Shown one piece after another: positions 1-10,019 of a DNA stretch of 64,000 bases; position 1 is the stretch's first letter; each line of letters opens with the position of its first letter. The position numbers and the translations under genes were made by a program. Below the pieces are notes generated by a model. It worked only from the letters and a program-made list of their open reading frames with translations, was not told where the DNA came from and did not search any database. Source of the DNA: Epithemia pelagica (lineage: Eukaryota > Protista > Bacillariophyta); the NCBI GenBank assembly GCA_946965045.2, contig OX337238.1, positions 868,001 through 932,000 on the forward strand. The letters run 5' to 3'.

Positions 1-2
1 AA

Positions 3-270
3 GTGCTTGAATCGACCTATTATGATGGAACAAAAAGGAACTATACCTACGAAAGGTATATTGAGTCACTTCAGAGGGCCTTTACGGACCTTGAGTCTAC
101 AGGCAAAGTGGTCAGTAATGAAAGAAAAGTGAGAGTTTTACTCTTAGGGGTCGCTGATTCCAGGTTGGAGAGTGCTAAGAATACGATATTGGCCACTCCT
201 GCTTTGAGGGCAAATTTTGAGGTGGCTTCAAACTATCTTGCTGAAGTCCTTGACAGCAAAGTGTTGTATA
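3..270 (+). pseudogene. gag: Outer Ty1/copia element, gag 5' portion (begins before the window; interrupted at 270 by the DNA transposon)
   Basis: Gag-like reading frame (YDGTKRNYTYERYI...KVRVLLLGV...NFEVASNYLAEVL). Removing 271-18335 joins it in frame to 18336 (..DSKVLY|SATTRKARISS..), which runs on into a copia pol. Confidence 0.8.
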
Positions 271-323
271 CAAGCTGAGTTCAAGCGGAATGTCAACGAC
301 GTAGCGCTTGGTAGAAATTCTAC
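271..323 (+). repeat. Left terminal inverted repeat (modular, 53 bp)
   Basis: Versus the reverse complement of 18281-18333: 13/13 match, 9-bp spacer, 12/12 match (TCAACGACGTAG), 6-bp spacer, 11/13 match. Confidence 0.88.
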
Positions 324-874
324 GTAAAAGCGCCTGCCATCCTCTTAATATAGCCCTTCTAATTATGCCTCTACCATTCTACCAAAAATCGACCATGGTG
401 AACGGTCCTTTTGACCGATCTCTTGCCACATAGGAGACGGCTCCGTAATCCCATGCGTCGAATCTCTTCTTCATACATTGGTTGAGCATGGGGAACGTTA
501 GTTGCCTTGTATTCTTGTTGTAGGTGTTGTTTTATCTAGTTGAAGGTTGTCGGCGCGTGATTTACCACGGCAAATTACGGCAAAACTTCGGCGCAACCAA
601 TGCACCTCTATCGTAGAATCGAATCATAGAAGATAGAACAAAGACTATGAATATTTGTAGTGTTGTTCACTTCAAAAATGGCACTCTTTGCGTAATATAG
701 ATGGAACTAAGACTAGAAGTTGCGTCGTTCACAGCGAAGAGGGATGTTCTTTTCGTTGTTGTGACTCACACAGCCGTACCACCGGTAAACGCAACTTATC
801 ACAGCTATAGAATTAGGAAAGATCCTACTTGTACATACTCGAATGATAACCTTAAAACACTAGTAAATAGTTAA

Positions 875-1483
875 TCACTTGTCTTGTGGATTGAAGAAGA
901 GGTTTTGATGAGGGTACTTGACCATGATCGAACCAAGCGAAATGTTGAAACGATCCATGTCATTGCAGCCCATGTAGATTGTGACAACCTGGGGCTCCAT
1001 GCACGCTTTAGGGGTGATGGAGCAGCGTGTGTAGAGGCGGAAGCGTCCCGTGACTTCTTCGTTCTTGCTCGTCTTTCCGAAGACCTGGTCCAAATGCGAC
1101 AGAGCGATGAACCCAACTGGAATAACCAACGCTGGTTCCTCATGCTCTTTCGTTGCATCCCGGTGGAACATTGCAATCCGAAGGTAGTCAGTCGAGAGCT
1201 CCCGCTGGACAAGCAGATGGCCACGGTCAACGATGTTGGTTCCAGTGTCCGCGCTTCTCGACATGGGTCCAAGGAGCGCACAAACGTTTCTTGCGTAGAA
1301 CGAACACTTGAAAGGAAGACCGAAACCACCCTCACGGTCGTCCTCTTCATTGAACTCGAACTTCTTCTTCCCTGCGATGGCCATCTTCGCGTCTTGTCTC
1401 TTCTTCCTTGCCTCTTCCTGTCGTCTCTGTTTGATTGTTCTAGATGATGATGATGACGGCGGGTGATTCGGAAGCTGCTTCAT
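875..1483 (-). CDS. Transposon cargo ORF A, hypothetical 202-aa protein with basic N-terminus
   Basis: ATG-initiated ORF with a K/R-rich N-terminus (possible NLS) followed by a globular-looking region. No family recognised. Confidence 0.55.
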   Translation of the reverse strand: MKQLPNHPPSSSSSRTIKQRRQEEARKKRQDAKMAIAGKKKFEFNEEDDREGGFGLPFKCSFYARNVCALLGPMSRSADTGTNIVDRGHLLVQRELSTDYLRIAMFHRDATKEHEEPALVIPVGFIALSHLDQVFGKTSKNEEVTGRFRLYTRCSITPKACMEPQVVTIYMGCNDMDRFNISLGSIMVKYPHQNLFFNPQDK

Positions 1484-1529
1484 GCTGCAACTTTATTGTG
1501 GCGCGCGCCGATATTGTTCACGAATGAGC

Positions 1530-2312
1530 TGTTAGAATTCTCACCGTCTATGGTGGTTAGATTCTACATCTCATCGATTCCCCATGTCACATAGCCTCGT
1601 GCTATCGCACCATGCCCTCTAGCTTCGAGCTATGTTTCCTAGCTTCGCGCTATATCGACCTATATTTCTTCGCAAATCATGAAAAGTGAGAATAGATTGA
1701 CGAACTCACTCTCAAGACTAAACTGGGTCGTGCGGTATTACAACGGACATAAATTTGGCCGTTGCTCGGACATTATACTAACGCCCTAAGCATACGCGCC
1801 CGAAATCATCGAGCGCACCCAAGCGACATCCGAGCGCTATCGGCATCTATCCGATCCAACGGTCTAAGTATCCCAAGCACGACACACGATCACGCGAGAC
1901 CATATTTCCATTCCCACAATCTCCAAATTGTCAACAAGCTGCGCGCCATGAAAACAACTATGCCAACCCAAAGCAAGAGCTGTTGACCCTGTATATGTTA
2001 TCCGCCCACATATACATGTCATATACATCACATGAATCAACTCCAACTATTCCAAACCTGTTGCCGCCAAGAACCTATGACACATGACCCTTGGCAGGAC
2101 CGAACATTTCACGTAGACCTATCGTAGTAATCAACACACAATCTAACAATATCACCATTTATCACATCCTCTTTTGTGTCCCGACTATCCTTCTGATAGA
2201 CTTCGACTTGCTTGCTTCTCTGACCCTGAGAAGCTTGTATCGGTTGGTGACCTACCTGATTGTCTGCTCTACCGAGCATCAATGTCCCTACGATTCAGAA
2301 AGAATTGTAACA
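1530..2312 (+). repeat. 5' LTR
   Basis: TG...CA termini. No difference from 9131-9913 seen on visual comparison. Confidence 0.97.
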
Positions 2313-2323
2313 GATTAACAGTC
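2313..2323 (+). promoter_or_regulatory. Candidate primer-binding site complementary to a tRNA-Asn(GUU) anticodon arm (half-tRNA priming)
   Basis: GATTAACAGTC directly follows the LTR. Its reverse complement GA-CT-GTT-AA-TC has the form of tRNA positions 30-40 with anticodon GTT. No canonical TGG PBS is present. Confidence 0.6.
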
Positions 2324-2348
2324 TCAAAGCTTATTTCCTTGTGGTTTC

Positions 2349-3128
2349 ATGGATACTAACGAGATTATCACTCCTGTACGACAGATCTATCGAGCCAACC
2401 TGCATCCCGGGCAGCCCGATACCCTGGTGCAGCAGGAACTGGTGCCGACGCCGAAGGCAGCCAACACATCGGTCAACATCTCCGTCGACAGTTCCAACAG
2501 CAACCCATTCGAGACTCCAACCCAGCCTCACGCTCCAATCCCTGCGCCGTTGCTTCGGCCCCCGAGTCCGCCTCGTCGGCTCGTCCCTTCTCGATCCCGT
2601 CGTACCACCCGGTTGATTGCTGATCATATCAAGTACTTCCGCCAACCAACTTGTTCGACCTTCGATCCCGAGATCATTCGTGGGGAGACCCAGATCGAAC
2701 GCCAGTTCCAATCGGTGACCCACATCGTCGACCAAGAAGACATTGACCGTCTGAACGACCAACTTCATCGTTCTCCGAGGCGTCGCCTCATCTTTGCCGC
2801 CCTCTCGGGCAACCCCATCCGTACTGTCCACCTCCGCTTCCTAACCTTCGAGCGCCCAACTGGATACTACAATACCATCCACGTCGTGAACACGACGACT
2901 TGCCCTCTGCCTCCTAACGTTGTACGCCTAGATAACTACGTTGCCTACATCCACGAGGTCCATACCATCGAGGACCATCGTGCAACTATCTACCCTTTGC
3001 GTGCCGAGGTCGAGAACCACCTGGCTGAAGGTGATTCCCCTTCTTCTGTTGCTTGTGCTGCCCCATCTGAGCCTGGAAGCGACTCTGATCATTCGGAAGA
3101 GGGTGAGGATTCGGAGACCGAAGCTTAA
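2349..3128 (+). CDS. Additional 259-aa ORF between the 5' LTR and gag-pol
   Basis: ATG 37 nt after the LTR end. Pro-rich N-terminal half, acidic tail, no recognised domain. Confidence 0.6.
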   Translation: MDTNEIITPVRQIYRANLHPGQPDTLVQQELVPTPKAANTSVNISVDSSNSNPFETPTQPHAPIPAPLLRPPSPPRRLVPSRSRRTTRLIADHIKYFRQPTCSTFDPEIIRGETQIERQFQSVTHIVDQEDIDRLNDQLHRSPRRRLIFAALSGNPIRTVHLRFLTFERPTGYYNTIHVVNTTTCPLPPNVVRLDNYVAYIHEVHTIEDHRATIYPLRAEVENHLAEGDSPSSVACAAPSEPGSDSDHSEEGEDSETEA

Positions 3129-3448
3129 TTACTCATAGTTAACTCCCGTCCTCTCAAAACCTTTCCAAGACTTAAACTCAACGCACATCCGGGTACCCTT
3201 GGTCGCACAACACGCCACACATTCCCGTCAAATCGCGAAAATTCGGCGAAAATTTGTTGAAACTCGGCGAAAATTTGTCGAAATCAACGGAAATTTCCAG
3301 GAGTCGCACATCACAACACACATCCGGGTATCACATACGTGGTACATACGTGGCACACGTGGTACATCCGGGTTCACATCACATCACACATTAAATAAAC
3401 CACATCACACCGCACATTAAATAAACATCGAACCAACCAAATAACACC

Positions 3449-6400
3449 ATGGATCCTCAATCACCCAAGACACCTACGACTCCTAAGGGAGAAGATAACC
3501 AAGACAATGTCTCGGACACAGACCTATTCGACCACATCATATTTACTGTCTGCCAATTCTTCACCAAAGAAAGGGCCGACTACTTAATGAAGTGGATGAA
3601 ATACCATGGTTTTGAGAACATTACTCATGTTATCTCGTATATGCAAACTAATACCGAGGAATCCATGAAGGAACTGACACAATACAAGGTCAACAAACAG
3701 ACACATGATCTACAAGGCCCTACAAGACAGCAGATCAAGCTCTTGGCTTATTGGGCCACATACAAGACCAATGAAATTCAAGACGAGCTATCCAATAGCG
3801 ACTGGATGAACCTAACGAGGAAAGAGTTCAACACTTGGAGGATCAACACAGATTTCTCTAAGGGACCACCTAGCCAAGTCTCAGTCTCGCCAATGAAGTC
3901 ACCGTCATCTGTGAAATCTGTCAGCACAGTTACTGCCGCATCCCAATCTCAACAAGACCTTACAGCATTCAGAAAGGGAACTAAGCGCGACGCAACTGCA
4001 TATGAGGTATTCAAGGATGAACGATACTACGATTCATTCTGGCGTGTATTCAAGACTACAGCTAAGGCTCAAGGCCTATCCAACGTTCTGAATTTCAAAT
4101 ACACACCACCCCATGATGATGAATATGCCGAAGAACTTTTTCAAGAGCAACAAGTATTTCTTTACTCCGTTCTTGTCCGTATCATTCAGACTGATCAAGG
4201 TCGAGCCTATGTACGTGAACATGAACATGATGAAGATGCGCGTGCCGTATTGCAGAAGTTACACTCTTTGCATACCGAATCCGACCTAGCAAAGCGAGAA
4301 GTCCTCCGCTTAACCAACTACATTTCCAATCTACGTCTTGACGACACATGGCGCGGAACAACACGTCAATTTCTTCTACACTTTCAAGAGCAGCTACGTT
4401 TGCTAGACAATTTAGTGACATTGTCTGATCGCATCCCTGATCATACCAGGATGACCTTCCTCATGCAAGCTGTAGAAAAGGTACCTGATCTCCGCCGAGT
4501 CAAGATCTTGGATAATGTGGTGAACACCAAATCCGGTGCAAAATCCCTTTGCTATCAATCATACTTCCGTCTCCTTCTAGACGCAGCTTATGACCATGAT
4601 CAAGCAACCCAGTCATCTGTTCAAAGTCGCCGTCGACATGTCAAACAACATGAATCACTATATGGCCAAGATACAGATGCTGACATAACCTCACAAGATG
4701 ATATGGAGTATCATGTCCACAACACCAAAGCGACATCTGACTCTCCATCCTCTTCATCTAAGGTTAGTCTGCCGCGTGACCTATGGTTCAAACTTTCTGA
4801 AGAAGATCGCAAGTTGATCATTGAGTATAACAAGATGATTCAAGCACCTTCATCAACAACACCGAGGACAGTGCAAACACATGCCCTCGACATTGATCCG
4901 GAACCTGATCCTGACCCCAACCAAGTTGCATCTGATGACGACTCACCTGGCGTAGTCCCTGAGCATTCAGATGATTCAGATCCGGTTACACAATTTATCA
5001 ACCAAGCCATGACGACTGATATCAATCACCCGGTAACTGACCTGACTAGTGTTCTTTCTAACGCCAAGTCCAAGACAAGCAAGAAGGTTACTTTCAAAGC
5101 CAACATGCATAAACAAGCAGGACATGTCCCACGCTATCTGTTTTCCAGGAAATCTACTTTACCAGGGAATCAATTGATTGACCGTGGTGCTAATGGAGGA
5201 CTTGCTGGTTCTGACATGCGCATCCTTTCTAAGACTGGCCGTCATATCACTATTGTGGGTATTGATAACCATGAACTTACTGGACTTCCTGTCGTCACAT
5301 GTGCCGCAAAGTTTGAGACCAATGATGGACCTATTGTCGGCATCTTCAATGAATATGCTTATTATGGGAAGGGCTTATCTATCCATGCTCCTGGTCAATT
5401 CGAGCATTTCGGACTTGCTGTTGATGAACGATCTGTTAAAGTTGATGGTAAACAACGCATCACTACACTTGATGGTCGTGCCATACCCCTTCACATCAAG
5501 GATGGGTTAGCCTACATCCACTCCTTGGGTATCCCCAGCGACGATGACATGGATACCTTACCTCAGATCATCTTCACGTCACCCGACACATGGGATCCTG
5601 GTGTTCTGGACCATTCGTATTCTCCCACACCCTCTGACAATGATCCTGATTGGAAACACGTCAAGACTGATGGTAGTATGTCGAACCACCCATATGACAA
5701 CTATGGGGAGTATACTGATCGTGTTGTTTGTAACCTCAATCTCCTTTTGGATCTCCCATATGATCATGGACCTGACGACGCACCCTTCTTTTCTATCTAT
5801 GCTGACGCAGAAGGTAATGATCCTACACTTCATGCCTCTGTCCACCGTCGTTACCAGGAAGCGTATGACTGGAAGAAGTTCCGTCCATTCTTTGGTTGGC
5901 AATCTGAAGATGTTATTGCCGACACGTTCAAGCACACTACACGTAATGGTAGCATTACTTTTGACCACGACACCCTCAAGAAACATTTCAAGGCTCGCAA
6001 TCCGGTCCTTAATATACCTCGACGTCATGAACCCGTTGCTACTGACTCGGTTTTCTCCGACACCCCTGCTGTTGACCATGGCGGTAAAGTCGCACAAATC
6101 TTTGTTGGTCGAGATACTCTGGTTACTGATATCTATGGGATCAAGTCAACCAAACAGTTTGTCAATACTCTTCAGGATAACATCCGGTTTCGTGGTGCCA
6201 TGGAGACTCTTATCAGTGATGGTGGTTCATCTCTCATCTCTCAAAAGGTCAAAGACATTCTTCGCACTTTGCTTATTGGGGAGTATCGATCTGAACCTTA
6301 TCATCAACACCAGAATAAGGCTGAAAACCGTTATCAGACCGTTAAACGTATGACCAACGCTCTCATGAATGCCACTGGTTGCCCTGCCAACACCTGGCTT

Positions 6401-9136
6401 CTTTGCCTTGAGTATGTCTGTGACTTATTGAACCATACGTCATCACCCACCCACTCCGGTCGCACTCCTCTTGAGGCTCTCTCCGGACGCCCACCCGACA
6501 TTACTCATCTCTTGTTCTTTCCTTTCTGGGATGAGGTTTACTACCGTGTTGACCCCGCTGAACCCACTTCCGGTTCTTATCCATCTTCTTCTGATGAGAA
6601 ACTTGGCCACTGGGTTGGTTTTGCTCACAACGTTGGTGATTCTTTTACTTGGAAGATTCTCACCCAGGATCACCAGATAATCTACCGTTCTGCCGTTCGC
6701 CGTGTTGAATCCACTACACCCAACCTCCGTGTGGATCGACCTTCAGGGGAGGATTCGTCTGAGAAGGATGACAATGATAAGCAAGCTGACACTGTCTTCA
6801 TTCGCAGTGATAGTGAAGATCCATCCAAACCAATGCCCACGATCGATTTTGACGACATGATAGGACGCACATTCCTATGCGACACAGAAGAAAATGGGGA
6901 GCGACACCGTGCACGTGTCATCAAACGAGTCATTGATCTTAATGAAGAAGCGACGAAACAGGAAGAACGTGTCAAGTACATCTACCGAAAGACAAATTCT
7001 GATGTTGATGAGATGATATCCTATAATCAACTCATGGAGTATATCGAACGAGATAACCAAGCTCAAACCTCTGGAGATAATCTTTTCAGGTTCAGGGATG
7101 TCATTGCCCATCAAGGCCCACTGAACACAACTGATCCAGATTACAAGGGGAGCAAATATAATTTGCTTGTTGATTGGGAAACTGGGGAGACTACCTATGA
7201 ACCTTTATCACTCATCGCCAATGATGATCCGATCACTGTAGCAATTTATGGAAAGAAACATGGTTTACTCAACGAACCTGGATGGAAGCATTTGAAACGT
7301 TATGTCAAAACAAGCAAACGCCTCATTCGAGCAGCCAAACAGTCAAGGATTAAACAAGTTCACCATTCCGTCAAGTATAAGTTTGGATTTCAAGTACCAC
7401 GCAATTATGAGGAAGCTGTCGCTCTTGATAAACAACATGGCAACACAAAGTGGCAGGATGCAACAGAATTAGAATTGTCACAAATCCAGTCCTACAAGAC
7501 ATTCAAGGATTTTGGGAAAGCCATCTTCATTAAAGGGAAAGTATCCAATGCACCTGAAGGATATCATAAGATACGTGTGCATCTTGTCTTTGACGTAAAA
7601 CATGATGGACGACATAAAGCAAGACTTGTCGCAGATGGACATCTCACAAAAGAACCTGTTGAGACAATCTATTCAGGTGTTGTTTCCATTCGCAACCTCC
7701 GCATTGCCTTATTCCTGGGTACTTTGAATGACTTGGAAATATGGGGAGCAGATATTGGAAATGCATATCTGGAAGCCTTGACAGGGGAGAAAATTTTCAT
7801 TGTCGCAGGACCTGAATTCAAGGAATTAGAAGGTCACATCCTGATTATATACAAGGCACTTTATGGATTGAAGTCATCAGGCGCACGCTGGCATGATGTC
7901 TTATTCGATGTTTTGACAGACATGGGATTTTCACCAAGCAAAGCAGATCCGGATATCTGGATGAGGAAAGCACCTGGAGAAGACTGTTACGAATACATTG
8001 CCGTATACGTTGATGACTTAGCCATTATTTCTACTGATCCTGGGAATATCTGCAAGATCCTGAAGGAGAAATACAACTTCAAACTCAAAGGAGATGGACC
8101 TATTGATTTCCATTTGGGATGTTGTTACACCAAGGATTCTGATGGAACATTCGTAGCAGATCCAAGACGCTACATTGGTAAGATGATGGACACTTTCGAA
8201 CGAATCTTCAAGGAGAAACCCAAGAAAGCCAAAACACCTCTTATTGGTGGAGACCATCCTGAATTGGATGATTCTGAGCTCCTTGATGAAGAAGGTACTA
8301 GCCATTTCCAAACTCTGATTGGACAACTCCAATGGGTGATCACTATTGGTCGTTTCGACGTCTTCACCGCTACAATGACGCTATCACGCTTTCGTGCTGC
8401 TCCGAGGAAAGGACATCTTGATAGAGCCAAGCGTATCTATGGATACCTTGCACATCTCCCAGAAGGCGCAATCAGATTTAGGATTGGAGAGCCTGATTAT
8501 TCAAGTCTTCCTACCCAAGAATTTGATTGGACTCGCACTGTCTACTCGAATGCAAGTGAACGTATTCCTGAAGATTGCCCAACACCTCTTGGCCGCTATG
8601 TTACCACAACTCATTATGTTGATGCCAATCTCATGCATGACATAGTCACTGGTAAATCCGTCACTGCTGTTCTACATTTGTTGAACGGAACACCTATTGA
8701 CTGGTACAGCAAGAGACAGAGCACGGTGGAAACTGCTACCTATGGATCCGAGTTTGTGGCTGCAAGGACAGCAATAGATCAGATTACAGAATTACGACAT
8801 TCTCTCCGCTACCTTGGAGTACCTATCCGAGAGCGAAGTTACTTGTACGGAGATAACAGATCTGTTGTGCTCAATGCAACCGTTCCTCACTCCATACTAT
8901 CCAAGAGACACCATCTTCTGTCATACCACCGAGTTCGTGAAGCCATCGCAGCAAAGTATGTTGCATTCTACTGGAAAGATGGAAAGACCAACCCTGCCGA
9001 TATCCTTAGCAAACATTGGGATTTCGTATCTATTTGGCCCATGCTCAAGCCATTGTTGTTTTGGAAAGGAGAAGTTCAAGATCTCAACAAATCCAATGAT
9101 GACAAGGTTGAAACGACGAGTTGTGGGGAGTGTTAG
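3449..9136 (+). CDS. gag-pol: Copia Gag-Pol polyprotein (gag-PR-IN-RT-RNaseH), 1895 aa
   Basis: Protease LIDRGANGG; integrase TDSVF..SDGG..AENRY; RT KARLVADG, DIGNAYL, YVDDL; RNase H YVDAN..YGSEF..ADILSK. Integrase precedes RT (copia order). The stop codon lies in the first 6 nt of the 3' LTR. Confidence 0.97.
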   Translation: MDPQSPKTPTTPKGEDNQDNVSDTDLFDHIIFTVCQFFTKERADYLMKWMKYHGFENITHVISYMQTNTEESMKELTQYKVNKQTHDLQGPTRQQIKLLAYWATYKTNEIQDELSNSDWMNLTRKEFNTWRINTDFSKGPPSQVSVSPMKSPSSVKSVSTVTAASQSQQDLTAFRKGTKRDATAYEVFKDERYYDSFWRVFKTTAKAQGLSNVLNFKYTPPHDDEYAEELFQEQQVFLYSVLVRIIQTDQGRAYVREHEHDEDARAVLQKLHSLHTESDLAKREVLRLTNYISNLRLDDTWRGTTRQFLLHFQEQLRLLDNLVTLSDRIPDHTRMTFLMQAVEKVPDLRRVKILDNVVNTKSGAKSLCYQSYFRLLLDAAYDHDQATQSSVQSRRRHVKQHESLYGQDTDADITSQDDMEYHVHNTKATSDSPSSSSKVSLPRDLWFKLSEEDRKLIIEYNKMIQAPSSTTPRTVQTHALDIDPEPDPDPNQVASDDDSPGVVPEHSDDSDPVTQFINQAMTTDINHPVTDLTSVLSNAKSKTSKKVTFKANMHKQAGHVPRYLFSRKSTLPGNQLIDRGANGGLAGSDMRILSKTGRHITIVGIDNHELTGLPVVTCAAKFETNDGPIVGIFNEYAYYGKGLSIHAPGQFEHFGLAVDERSVKVDGKQRITTLDGRAIPLHIKDGLAYIHSLGIPSDDDMDTLPQIIFTSPDTWDPGVLDHSYSPTPSDNDPDWKHVKTDGSMSNHPYDNYGEYTDRVVCNLNLLLDLPYDHGPDDAPFFSIYADAEGNDPTLHASVHRRYQEAYDWKKFRPFFGWQSEDVIADTFKHTTRNGSITFDHDTLKKHFKARNPVLNIPRRHEPVATDSVFSDTPAVDHGGKVAQIFVGRDTLVTDIYGIKSTKQFVNTLQDNIRFRGAMETLISDGGSSLISQKVKDILRTLLIGEYRSEPYHQHQNKAENRYQTVKRMTNALMNATGCPANTWLLCLEYVCDLLNHTSSPTHSGRTPLEALSGRPPDITHLLFFPFWDEVYYRVDPAEPTSGSYPSSSDEKLGHWVGFAHNVGDSFTWKILTQDHQIIYRSAVRRVESTTPNLRVDRPSGEDSSEKDDNDKQADTVFIRSDSEDPSKPMPTIDFDDMIGRTFLCDTEENGERHRARVIKRVIDLNEEATKQEERVKYIYRKTNSDVDEMISYNQLMEYIERDNQAQTSGDNLFRFRDVIAHQGPLNTTDPDYKGSKYNLLVDWETGETTYEPLSLIANDDPITVAIYGKKHGLLNEPGWKHLKRYVKTSKRLIRAAKQSRIKQVHHSVKYKFGFQVPRNYEEAVALDKQHGNTKWQDATELELSQIQSYKTFKDFGKAIFIKGKVSNAPEGYHKIRVHLVFDVKHDGRHKARLVADGHLTKEPVETIYSGVVSIRNLRIALFLGTLNDLEIWGADIGNAYLEALTGEKIFIVAGPEFKELEGHILIIYKALYGLKSSGARWHDVLFDVLTDMGFSPSKADPDIWMRKAPGEDCYEYIAVYVDDLAIISTDPGNICKILKEKYNFKLKGDGPIDFHLGCCYTKDSDGTFVADPRRYIGKMMDTFERIFKEKPKKAKTPLIGGDHPELDDSELLDEEGTSHFQTLIGQLQWVITIGRFDVFTATMTLSRFRAAPRKGHLDRAKRIYGYLAHLPEGAIRFRIGEPDYSSLPTQEFDWTRTVYSNASERIPEDCPTPLGRYVTTTHYVDANLMHDIVTGKSVTAVLHLLNGTPIDWYSKRQSTVETATYGSEFVAARTAIDQITELRHSLRYLGVPIRERSYLYGDNRSVVLNATVPHSILSKRHHLLSYHRVREAIAAKYVAFYWKDGKTNPADILSKHWDFVSIWPMLKPLLFWKGEVQDLNKSNDDKVETTSCGEC
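9125..9130 (+). promoter_or_regulatory. Polypurine tract
   Basis: GGGGAG immediately before the 3' LTR TGTTA. Confidence 0.7.
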
Positions 9137-9913
9137 AATTCTCACCGTCTATGGTGGTTAGATTCTACATCTCATCGATTCCCCATGTCACATAGCCTCG
9201 TGCTATCGCACCATGCCCTCTAGCTTCGAGCTATGTTTCCTAGCTTCGCGCTATATCGACCTATATTTCTTCGCAAATCATGAAAAGTGAGAATAGATTG
9301 ACGAACTCACTCTCAAGACTAAACTGGGTCGTGCGGTATTACAACGGACATAAATTTGGCCGTTGCTCGGACATTATACTAACGCCCTAAGCATACGCGC
9401 CCGAAATCATCGAGCGCACCCAAGCGACATCCGAGCGCTATCGGCATCTATCCGATCCAACGGTCTAAGTATCCCAAGCACGACACACGATCACGCGAGA
9501 CCATATTTCCATTCCCACAATCTCCAAATTGTCAACAAGCTGCGCGCCATGAAAACAACTATGCCAACCCAAAGCAAGAGCTGTTGACCCTGTATATGTT
9601 ATCCGCCCACATATACATGTCATATACATCACATGAATCAACTCCAACTATTCCAAACCTGTTGCCGCCAAGAACCTATGACACATGACCCTTGGCAGGA
9701 CCGAACATTTCACGTAGACCTATCGTAGTAATCAACACACAATCTAACAATATCACCATTTATCACATCCTCTTTTGTGTCCCGACTATCCTTCTGATAG
9801 ACTTCGACTTGCTTGCTTCTCTGACCCTGAGAAGCTTGTATCGGTTGGTGACCTACCTGATTGTCTGCTCTACCGAGCATCAATGTCCCTACGATTCAGA
9901 AAGAATTGTAACA
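9131..9913 (+). repeat. 3' LTR
   Basis: Direct repeat of 1530-2312, followed by TSD TGAGC. Confidence 0.97.
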
Positions 9914-10019
9914 TGAGCGCCGGGGGGAACACGAGATGACACAAGAATGGAGACTGAACCCAACGATTCAAACGAACACAACAATCAAACCAACCAATCC
10001 TCACTTTTATTTTCTAACG

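Larger units (their letters stand above)
1530..9913 (+). mobile_element. Intact, recently inserted Ty1/copia LTR retrotransposon (CoDi-like), 8,384 bp
   Basis: Two 783-bp LTRs (TGTTA...TAACA), 5-bp TSD TGAGC at 1525-1529 and 9914-9918, uninterrupted gag-pol. Confidence 0.97.

Noticed and set aside
262-330. TGTTG at 262 as the start of another LTR
   Set aside because: The sequence from 271 pairs in inverted orientation with 18281-18333 and is flanked by TA, so it is a TIR, not an LTR.
371-535. 54-codon minus-strand frame after an AG (IKQHLQQEY...FLVEW) as a further cargo exon
   Set aside because: No start codon or convincing upstream donor. Too short to support without transcripts.
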